Source of the DNA: Micromonas pusilla
Lineage: Eukaryota
Assembly: GCA_000151265.1 (NCBI GenBank)
Contig: GG663738.1
Span: 1,244,056 to 1,276,055, forward strand
Direction of reading: 5' to 3'
Length of the DNA stretch: 32,000 bases
In this document: one piece after another, positions 8,176 to 15,571 of the stretch
Position numbering within the stretch: the stretch's first letter is position 1
Layout of the letters: each line of letters starts with the position of its first letter
Position numbers and translations under genes: made by a program
Notes under the pieces: generated by a model
What the model was told of the DNA's origin: nothing
The model's database searches: none
What the model saw: only the letters and a program-made list of their open reading frames with translations

Positions 8176-9480
8176 ATGAATCGCGGCGGCGTCGACGATA
8201 ACACGGGGGACGGATCGACTTCCGCAAATCTCGACAACGACGCCCCGCCCCTACTAGAACGATTCGCCGCGGTCGCGCGCGATGTCTTATACGTGCACAT
8301 CCTCCCGCGGCTCGACAGCGGCGACCTCGCGGTGCTCGCGACGGTGAACCGAAAGATGCGCGACGTCGTCTTCGAATCGCCCGTCGAGCATGACGTGAGG
8401 GACGTCGCGGCGGTGAGGAGAGAGCTCGCGAGGGTTCCTAACTTCGTCGGATCGATCGGCAGGCTGACGTGGGCGAAGGATCAGCGAGGGTGTCCGTGGG
8501 ACGCGAGGACGTTCACGTGCATCGCGAGGGGTGGGAACGTGGAGGTCGCGAGGTGGGCGAAGGAGCGAGGGTGCCCGTGGAACGGGGGGACTTGCGCCTT
8601 TGCCGCGGAAGGCGGCCACCTGGAGATGCTGCAGTGGTTGCGAGCGAACGGCGCGCCGTGGGAGGAGAGCACTTGCGCCTTTGCAGCGGGTGGCGGCCAC
8701 CTGGAGGTGCTGCAGTGGGCGCGAGCGAACGGGGCTCCGTGGAACGAGCGGACTTGCGCCAACGCCGCGAAAGGCGGCCACCTGGAGGTGTTGCAGTGGG
8801 CGCGCGCGAACGGCGCTCCGTGGTACGAGTGGACTTGCACCTATGCTGCGCGTGGCGGCCACCTCGAGGTGCTGCAGTGGGCGCGAGCGAACGGATGTCC
8901 GTGGCACGAGACGACTTGCGCCTGGGCCGCGTGTGGCGGCCACCTGGAGGTGTTGCAGTGGGCGCGAGCGAACGGATGTCCGTGGCACGAGACGACTTGC
9001 GCCTGGGCCGCGTGTGGCGGCCACCTGGAGGTGCTGCAGTGGGCGCGAGCGAACGGATGTCCGTGGGACTCGTTCACTTGCACCGGTGCCGCGAAAGGCG
9101 GCCACGTGGAGGTGCTGCAGTGGGCGGTCGCGAACGGATGTCCGTGGGACAGCTGGCAAACTTGCGCCAACGCCGCGAAAGGCGGCCACCTGGAGGTGTT
9201 GCAGTGGGCGCGCGCGAACGGCGCTCCGTGGGACAACGAGGGGACTTGCGCCAACGCCGCGAAAGGCGGCCACCTGGAGGTGCTCCAGTGGGCGCGCGCG
9301 AACGGCGCTCCGTGGCACGAGACGACTTGCACCTATGCCGCGATATACGGCCACCTGGAGGTGCTGCAGTGGGCGCGCGCGAACGGCGCTCCGTTACACA
9401 ACGGGGGGATTTGCGTCCATGCCGCGAGTGGCGGCCACCTGGAGGTGCTGCAGTGGGCGCGCGCGAACGGCGTTCCGTAG
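8176..9480 (+). CDS. F-box-like N-terminus followed by about 12 tandem 27-28-aa ankyrin-like repeats (consensus GGHLEVLQWARANGCPWxExTCxxAAx)
   Basis: The first in-frame ATG is at 8176; the track start at 7996 is TTG. The F-box-like segment is VLYVHILPRLDSGDLAVLATVNRKMRDVV. The repeat period is 81-84 nt. The stop is TAG at 9478-9480. Confidence 0.8.
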   Translation: MNRGGVDDNTGDGSTSANLDNDAPPLLERFAAVARDVLYVHILPRLDSGDLAVLATVNRKMRDVVFESPVEHDVRDVAAVRRELARVPNFVGSIGRLTWAKDQRGCPWDARTFTCIARGGNVEVARWAKERGCPWNGGTCAFAAEGGHLEMLQWLRANGAPWEESTCAFAAGGGHLEVLQWARANGAPWNERTCANAAKGGHLEVLQWARANGAPWYEWTCTYAARGGHLEVLQWARANGCPWHETTCAWAACGGHLEVLQWARANGCPWHETTCAWAACGGHLEVLQWARANGCPWDSFTCTGAAKGGHVEVLQWAVANGCPWDSWQTCANAAKGGHLEVLQWARANGAPWDNEGTCANAAKGGHLEVLQWARANGAPWHETTCTYAAIYGHLEVLQWARANGAPLHNGGICVHAASGGHLEVLQWARANGVP

Positions 9481-9640
9481 GTCGAGCGGACTTGCAAGTC
9501 TGCCACGGGTGAAGGCCACCTGCAGGTGATGCAGTTGCCGCGCGCGAACGGCGTGCTGTGGTGGGACGAGCGGACTTAAACAGAGGAGTGGCCGCACGTG
9601 ACGGAGTGGCTGCGAGCGAACGGATGTCCGCGGCGCTAAT
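8458..9640 (+). repeat. Tandem array of 81-84-nt coding repeats, including about two decayed units beyond the stop codon
   Basis: The motif ggccacctggaggtg(c/t)tgcagtgggcgcg(a/c)gcgaacgg recurs by direct reading. Units 8881-8961 and 8962-9042 differ at one position. Confidence 0.9.
9481..9640 (+). pseudogene. Degenerate in-frame continuation of the repeat array downstream of the TAG stop
   Basis: The same frame continues VERTCKSATGEGHLQVMQLPRANGVLWWDERT, then TAA, then TEEWPHVTEWLRANGCPRR, then TAATAA. The repeats are recognisable but mutated. Confidence 0.6.
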
Positions 9641-9850
9641 AATGTGACGACGAGAGAACGTGCTTGTAACGAACGAACGAACGAATGAACGAACGCGGAC
9701 GCTCGGAGAAAGCGCCGGCCCGGAGCCGCGGCAGACTTGACGCGACGAAACAGTTTTCGGCAGTGCGCACTGCACGAGCGTTTCGATGACTCAGCAACGT
9801 TTGTCACGAAGCGCCGGCATTGACCAGCGCACCCCCCACGCGCATACGCG

Positions 9851-11527
9851 ATGACATTCCACCTTGGCCGCTCCCGCGGCCTTCTGCGTAACGTCATCCC
9901 CGCGCTCCGAGTCCTCGCGCGCTGGGACGCGCCCAACGCGACGACGACGCTCGCGTCGTCCGCCGCGGCGAAACGCGTCGAGATTTCGTCTGCCGCACGA
10001 GAGCGAGATCTGACGACGTCCGCCTCGTCCTCGACGTCGTCCCCGCACGCGGACATGTCCACGTCGACCGCTCCCCGGGGCCCGCATCGCCTCGAGAGCG
10101 ACATCATAGGCTCGATGCTCATCCCTCGAGACGCGCTGTACGGCATCGCGACCGCGCGCGCGATGGAGAACTACGACATCACCGGCGTCAAGCTCAGCGC
10201 GTACCCGGACTTCATTCGCGCGTTCGCGTTCGTCAAGAAGGCGTGCGCGCGCGCCAACTTCGAGATCGGCCTCCTCCCTCGAAACGTCCACGACGCGATC
10301 GCGTCCTCGTGCGACGAACTTCTGAAGGACGACGCGCTCCACGAGCACTTCACCGTGGACGTCATCCAAGGCGGCGCCGGGACGAGCACGAACATGAACG
10401 CGAACGAGGTGATCGCGAACCTCGCGCAGCGACGCATGGGCCTCCCGCTCGGGGACTACTCCGCGGTGTGTCCGAACGACCACGTGAACTTGTGCCAGAG
10501 CACGAACGACGCGTACCCGTCCGCGGCCAAGCTCGCGGTCGTGTTCAGGCACACGTCTGTGGTGCACGCGCTGCGCGAGCTCATCACGTCGTTGCGCGCG
10601 AAGGGCGACCAGTTCGGCGGCGTCATCAAGATGGGTCGAACGCAGCTCCAAGACGCGGTCCCGATGACGCTCGGGCAAGAGTTTCACTCGTTCGCGTCCA
10701 CGCTGGAGGCGGACCTCGCGTTCATGCAGCGGAACGTGGACCAGCTGTACGAGATGAACCTCGGCGGGACCGCGATCGGGACGTCGATATGCGCGGACGC
10801 GCGGTTCAGCCACGAGGCGGTGAAGGCGCTGAGCGAGCTGACGCGTCTTCCGTTGCAGTCGCCGAAGGACTTTATCGAGGCGTCGTCTTCGACGTCGTCG
10901 TTTCTGCTCTTCAGCAACATCTTGCGACGCGTCGCGGTGAAGGTGAGCAAGATATGCAACGACCTGCGGCTGCTCTCGAGCGGGCCGAGGTGCGGGTTCA
11001 ACGAGATCAACCTCCCCGCGGTGGCGCCCGGGTCGTCCATCATGCCGGGCAAAATCAACCCCGTCATCCCGGAGGTCGCGAACCAGGTGTGCTTTCAAAT
11101 CATGGGCGCGGATCAGACGATCGCGACGGCGTCCGAGGCGGCGCAGCTGCAGCTGAACGTCTTCGAGCCCGTGATCGTGTACAACCTCCTGAACAACCTG
11201 AAAATCATGACGAACGCGCTGAACACGTTGCGGACGAAATGCGTCGACGGCATCACCGCGAACGAAGACGCGTGTAAAAAGTCGGTGGACAACAGCATCG
11301 GAATCGTGACCGCGCTGTTGCCTCTGATCGGGTATAAGAAGGCCAGCGCGGTCGCGAAGGAAGCGCTGGAGACGGGCGCGCCGGTCGCGACGATCGCGGC
11401 GAAATACGCGCCCGCGGAGAAGGTGAAGGAGTACCTCAAGGTCGAGGCGATGACGTGCGCGGGGACGATCGAGGCGCGAGGGGTGTGCCTCGACACGCCG
11501 CCGCCGCCCGCTGAGGAGGTCGCGTGA
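9851..11527 (+). CDS. aspA: Aspartate ammonia-lyase (aspartase, class II fumarase/aspartase superfamily) with an N-terminal extension of about 75 aa
   Basis: It appears collinear with E. coli AspA as I recall it: DVIQGGAGTSTNMNANEV, NDHVNLCQSTNDAYP, MGRTQLQDAVPMTLGQEF, KICNDLRLLSSGPRCGFNEINLP, and the signature GSSIMPGKINPVIPEVANQVCFQIMG. The PVIPE after the signature is aspartase-like rather than fumarase-like. Confidence 0.9.
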   Translation: MTFHLGRSRGLLRNVIPALRVLARWDAPNATTTLASSAAAKRVEISSAARERDLTTSASSSTSSPHADMSTSTAPRGPHRLESDIIGSMLIPRDALYGIATARAMENYDITGVKLSAYPDFIRAFAFVKKACARANFEIGLLPRNVHDAIASSCDELLKDDALHEHFTVDVIQGGAGTSTNMNANEVIANLAQRRMGLPLGDYSAVCPNDHVNLCQSTNDAYPSAAKLAVVFRHTSVVHALRELITSLRAKGDQFGGVIKMGRTQLQDAVPMTLGQEFHSFASTLEADLAFMQRNVDQLYEMNLGGTAIGTSICADARFSHEAVKALSELTRLPLQSPKDFIEASSSTSSFLLFSNILRRVAVKVSKICNDLRLLSSGPRCGFNEINLPAVAPGSSIMPGKINPVIPEVANQVCFQIMGADQTIATASEAAQLQLNVFEPVIVYNLLNNLKIMTNALNTLRTKCVDGITANEDACKKSVDNSIGIVTALLPLIGYKKASAVAKEALETGAPVATIAAKYAPAEKVKEYLKVEAMTCAGTIEARGVCLDTPPPPAEEVA

Positions 11528-11599
11528 GTGATTCGCGGCTGAGACCATGTCGATCGGTACGCCTCCGCGTAACCTTATTGTGTCGTATTAATAACGAGA

Positions 11600-14579
11600 T
11601 CACGCGCCCTGGATGTGCCCCGAGAGCGCCTCGCCGAGGACGACGCGCGCGTCGTCCGCGAACCCATTCAGCGCGCTCAGAATTTCCTTCTCGTACACGT
11701 CCCCGATTTGCGCGCGGAACCGGCGCAACATCGCCACGCACAGCGCGAGCGCGCGCTTCTCCTTACTCTCCGCCGCGGCCTCCTTCCCCGCCTCCGCGAT
11801 CGGCTCCCTCGCCGCCGCCGCGGCGTCGACCACTCTCGGCGCCAACGCTTTCACCAGCGCGAGACAGAACCCGCCCGCGGCGTCCGCGACGGCAGCCTCC
11901 GCGCTCGCGATCGACTCCTTGACCTCGTCGATCGCCTTCTGCGTCTCCTCGATCGTGCTCACCGCGTTCGCTTCCTTCGCCTGCGCGCGCTGCATCCGCG
12001 CCTCGCCGGACACGCCCATCTCCGCCGCCTTCGACGCTTGGTTCGCCGCGCTCGCCGCGTCCGCCTCCGCGTGTTTCATCTTCTTCTCCAGAGACGACAG
12101 CAACCACGCCGTGTTCTCCCGATCCGCCGCGGAGGACTCGACGGCGAGGCACGCGATGTCGAACGCGTCCGCGGAGCCCCACGCGGTCGCCGCGGACGCG
12201 TTCTCGTTCTCGATCGTGCTCTCGACCCACCGCGCGATCGAGTGCGGGGTGCATAAGCCGAGCTCGAGGAGCCGGCTCACGGCGACGACCGCCATTCTCG
12301 GGTGCGTGCCGCTCCATATCCCCGCGGCGGCGCCGACGAGGACGTGCGTCGCGTCGCCATCCTCCGTGAGTTTCTTCAGCGCCGGTTCGTATCGCTTCAG
12401 GAGGACGTTGTGATGCGTGATGCACTTTTGCCCGTGCGAGATGGCGGCCACCGTGAGCGCGCGCGCGGCTTCTTCGTTCCCGAGCGCCTCGAGCTTCCCG
12501 CTCGTCTCGAACCACGTCATGACCTCCTCCGCGGGGGTTTTCAACTTCATGAAATTCCTGAGGTCGTTCAGCGCGCCGCTGCTCGCGTTCTGCGCGTCGT
12601 GGATGTAATCCAAGTTCAGCGAAGGCGCGCCCGGGAGCAAGCAGTGCAGTTCCTCCGGCAGGCTCTCCTTGACGCGTTCGTGATACACGAGCCTCAGCAG
12701 CCTTCGAACGACGGAGGCGCAGAACGCCCTCTGCGGGTGCTCCGAAGGCTGCTCCGCGACGTGCAGCCACGAGCGCCACGGCCACGCGAGGTCGAAGCAC
12801 GAGAGGTGGTGCGCCATCCAGTCCGCGAGCCGCTCTCTCGCCTCGAGATCCATCCGTCCAATCTCGGAGAACATCTTCCCGACCACCTTCGCCATCATCC
12901 GCGGGAAGCTCTGGATCGCCTTGCACAAGTCTTGGATCACGATGTGATAAAACGCGCACGGGTGCGCGGGGCGCGGCAGCGCGAGCATCTCCCCGAACAG
13001 CGTCTCCGCGACGAGGAACTGACACCGTTCGGGGTGATCCGAGGGGAGCGGGAGCGTCCCCAGCTGCTCAGCCGCGGGGATGACCGCGCCTCTCCTGAAC
13101 CCGGGTTCGAACGCCCAGAGCGTGTCCGCGATGTATTCCTCCGCGACGTAGCGCTCGAGCGGGCCCCAGTCGCCGGCTTCCCACAAGCCTTCGGTCTGCG
13201 CTTGCGCCAACGCTCTGCGCGTGTGCACGTCGGCGGGGGAGGAACGAGTCGTCAGCGACGCGAGCGCGTTCGCGTACGCGGAGGTAGATACGGAGGTGGG
13301 GATGGGCGCGCGCGTTCGCTCAGCGAGCATTTCTTTCGTCAACCAACCGTCAGGGGATTAACGAGATGTAGAAATGTTGGAGTCATCACCGCGAACGGAA
13401 CGAGACGAGGGCTGGGCGAGGGCGGGGGCGGGGAAACGAAACGTGACCCGAGCGGCGCTCTCGTCGCTAGGAAACGAAACGCACCTCAATCTCGGCCTGA
13501 CCGGGAACATCGCGAGCGCCTCCGCGGCTCCCGTGAACGTCATCTTCGGCACCGCGATCGGCGGCGGCGTGTGCGAGTTCACGCTCCCGGCCGCGATCTC
13601 CTCCGCGAACGGCTCCACCACCGCGGGCACGGACTTGACTTGCCACGCCTCGATCGCGACCGCGCCGGCTTTCCTCACCTCGTTCACGCGGCCCCACAGC
13701 TCCTCGAGCCAGTCGTCCGCGCGCCCGTCCGCGGCCGCGAACGTCATGCTCGCCGGGTCCGGGCCTCGGGATCGACGACCGAGGTACTCCTCGACGCTGG
13801 ACAGGAGCACGTCGAAAATTTCAGCCGCGTTTCCCGTCTCGGCGTGCGCGCTCAACGATCCCCCCGCCCACGGCATCGCGGCGAGGACGATGTACACCAA
13901 GAAGTCCGCCCTGGGCTGCCACCCCGGATTCGCGTCGTCCGCGGCCGCGACGGCGCCGCAGACGATCGCGTCGAGACACTCGAGCGCGTGCTCCGCGGAG
14001 ATCACGCCGACGGAGGGGAGGCACGCAATGAATCGAAGCAACAGGCGCGCGCGCGTCTTGTCGTCGGGGTCGGACGACCCGAGCTTCTGCTCGAGCTGCT
14101 CGATCGCCGCGCGGACGACTTCTTCGACGAACTCGGGGACGCGCACGTTCAGGAGCCCGACGAGCGCGGCGTACACGGGCGTCTTCACCGGGAGTTCGGT
14201 GACGCACTCCATGATGAATTTCAGCGCCGGCTCCGTGAGCGACGGGAGGTCGTGCGCGAGGAGCCCCGCGAGGTTGCGGAGCATCTCCGGGGAGCCGTTG
14301 CAGTGGATGATCGCCTCGCGCATCTCCATGAGCTCCTGATTAGGCGTGGGTCCGCCGCCGCGGCCGCCGCCGCGTCCTCCCATCATCGGGCGCATGTGCG
14401 AGCCGTCCTGCGAAGAGGGCGCGCGATCGAGATCGGGGGAGAATTGGATGGAGCGTCAGAGCGGACGCGGCGGCGCGGCGTCGTGATCGACGCGCGACGT
14501 GAACGGCGATCGAGGCGGGGAGATCGGGATCTGGACGCACATTACGGCGGTGGCGCTTGTGGCCTCTGAAATCTCCCAT
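11600..14579 (-). CDS. NCBP1: Nuclear cap-binding protein subunit 1 (CBP80/NCBP1/ABH1-like), 3 exons: 14579-14541, 14407-13485 and 13214-11600 (858 aa)
   Basis: MIF4G-type motif ECVTELPVKTPVYAALVGLLNV, then WMAHHLSCFDLAWPWRSW and RRLLRLVYHERV, parallel to human NCBP1. Track ORFs 13358-14395 and 11600-13342 are two parts of one gene. The total spliced length is a multiple of 3. Confidence 0.85.
13215..13484 (-). other. CBP80 intron 2 (270 nt, phase 2)
   Basis: Donor TTGAG|GTGCGT, branch GCTGACG, a pyrimidine tract and acceptor CGCGCAG|A. Splicing gives ...MFPVRPRL-R-ALAQAQTEGLWEAGDWGPLERYVAEEY. That leaves 20 residues between RL and ERYV, the same as I recall between RL and ERFV in human NCBP1. 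Confidence 0.75.
14408..14540 (-). other. CBP80 intron 1 (133 nt, phase 0)
   Basis: Micro-exon ATGGGAGATTTCAGAGGCCACAAGCGCCACCGCCGTAAT (MGDFRGHKRHRRN, a basic NLS-like start as in animal CBP80). Donor AAT|GTGCGT, branch TCTGACG, a long pyrimidine tract and acceptor TTCGCAG|GAC, in frame with DGSHMRPMMGG. Confidence 0.6.
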
Positions 14580-14770
14580 GGTGTCGTGTGGGGGGCGGGC
14601 GCGCGACCCGAAGAGTGACACCGCCGCCGCGGCAGGGAGGAGTTCGCCTGGTTTGCCGCTCGCCCTGAGCTCGCGCGCTCTCGAGATCTGCTCGCAGCGC
14701 GCCGCAGCGACCGGCGAAAGGGCGGAGCCAGATTCGCTCATCACTCCTTCCCCTCGCGGGGTAAGCCGTC
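14580..14770. promoter_or_regulatory. 191-bp divergent spacer between CBP80 and ARL6, putative bidirectional promoter
   Basis: Positional inference only. Confidence 0.35.
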
Positions 14771-15499
14771 ATGGGTCTCTGGAAGAACTTCTTGATCCGC
14801 CTGGGGCTCGCGAAGAAGAAGGTGCGCCGTCGTCGTCTCTCCTCCCTCCGCGCGTCGCGCCCCGCCGCGCCGTCGCGGCCGCGCCCGCGCGTCCATCTGA
14901 TCCCGCGGGTGCCGTTTCAAAGCTCGACGCGACGCGCGCTTCCGTCCCCTGACCGACATCGCGTCGTCCCCACCCTCTCTCCACACTTCACGACCTCGCA
15001 GAGGAGCATCTTAGTCGTCGGCCTCGCGAACGGCGGGAAAACCACGCTCGTGAACCGCATGAAACCGACGAAAGACCGCGAGGAAGACGTCGCCCCGACC
15101 GTCGGCTTCTCGGTCGAGCGATTCTCGCTGCACAAGTGCAAGCTCACGGTCATCGACATGTCCGGCCAGGAGCGGTACCTCGACCTGTGGGAGTGCTACT
15201 ACAAAGAGTGCCAGGCCGTCGTCTTCGTCGTGGACGCCACCGGCGGGGACGACGTGCTGCGAGAGAGCGAGAAGATGTTACGAGGGATGTTACGGCGCGA
15301 CGAGCTCGCGAGGCGGCCGCTGTTGGTGTTCGCGAACAAGAGCGACGTCCCGACCGCGCTCGGGGCGTCGGACATCGCGCGGGCGGTGGATCTGATGGGC
15401 GCCGCGGGGGACGGAAGGGCGTGGCACATCGGCGCGTGCTCCGCGCTCACGGGGGTGGGGATCGACGAGGGGTTTCGGTGGCTCATCGGGAAGTTATAG
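14771..15499 (+). CDS. ARL6: ARF-like small GTPase ARL6 (BBS3), 2 exons: 14771-14821 and 15002-15499 (182 aa)
   Basis: Spliced protein MGLWKNFLIRLGLAKKK-RSILVVGLANGGKTT...VIDMSGQERYLDLWECYYKECQAVVFVVD...FANKSD...SALTGVGIDEGFRWL. The DMSGQxRYxxLWExYY switch II region is characteristic of ARL6 rather than other ARF/ARL proteins (DxGGQ). Confidence 0.85.
   Translation: MGLWKNFLIRLGLAKKKVRRRRLSSLRASRPAAPSRPRPRVHLIPRVPFQSSTRRALPSPDRHRVVPTLSPHFTTSQRSILVVGLANGGKTTLVNRMKPTKDREEDVAPTVGFSVERFSLHKCKLTVIDMSGQERYLDLWECYYKECQAVVFVVDATGGDDVLRESEKMLRGMLRRDELARRPLLVFANKSDVPTALGASDIARAVDLMGAAGDGRAWHIGACSALTGVGIDEGFRWLIGKL
14822..15001 (+). other. ARL6 intron (180 nt, phase 0, in frame and stop-free)
   Basis: Donor AAG|GTGCGC, branch CCTGACC at 14948-14954, and acceptor CCTCGCAG|AGG. 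The 60 codons it would add (RRRRLSSLRASRPAAPSRPRP...) fall between the N-terminal helix and the P-loop, where ARL6 homologues have nothing. Confidence 0.8.
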
Positions 15500-15571
15500 C
15501 GCGCGCGGCGCGCGCGCCACGTCGGTCCCGGGTTGGTCTGGTTCTCTAGCTAGAGTTTTGGTTTCGATTAA

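Noticed and set aside
8287-9529. Three long ORFs (8287-9354 -, 8469-9512 +, 8531-9529 +) overlapping the repeat array
   Set aside because: They are the other frames of the 81-nt repeat. They are open only because a stop-free unit is reiterated. Only the GHLEVLQWARANGCPW frame gives an ankyrin-like, compositionally normal protein.
8458-9640. Regularly spaced direct repeats that might suggest a CRISPR array
   Set aside because: The units abut one another with no unique spacers, are 81-84 nt long, are in frame and encode a protein repeat. The context is eukaryotic.
9761-9772. 12-bp perfect palindrome CAGTGCGCACTG upstream of the aspartase start
   Set aside because: Short GC-rich palindromes are expected by chance at this base composition, and I saw no second copy or flanking context. 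I note it only as a possible transcription-factor site.
10838-10858. Perfect-looking branch plus acceptor (GCTGACGCGTCTTCCGTTGCAG) inside the aspartase gene
   Set aside because: The flanking sequence aligns continuously with bacterial AspA (AVKALSELTRLPLQSPKDFIEASSS versus [25 protein letters not shown]), so it is coding. This is a reminder that the splice motifs also occur by chance.
13333-13389. A 57-nt mini-intron (GTGATG...GAAAG) that would also join the two CBP80 ORFs in frame
   Set aside because: Its donor is non-consensus and it has no pyrimidine tract. It would also keep about 90 residues that have no counterpart in CBP80 homologues. The 270-nt intron (13215-13484) has consensus GTGCGT, CTGAC and CAG signals and restores the homologous spacing.
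12302-14569. 755-aa plus-strand ORF, the longest uncharacterised ORF in the track
   Set aside because: It is antisense to the well-supported CBP80 gene. It is extremely Arg/Glu/Leu/Pro-rich with no recognisable motif, starts at a non-ATG codon, and runs straight through both CBP80 introns. It is a typical GC-rich antisense open frame.
14771-15499. The continuous 242-aa ORF taken at face value as the ARL6 protein
   Set aside because: Residues 18-77 coincide with a consensus intron and are absent from ARL6 homologues.
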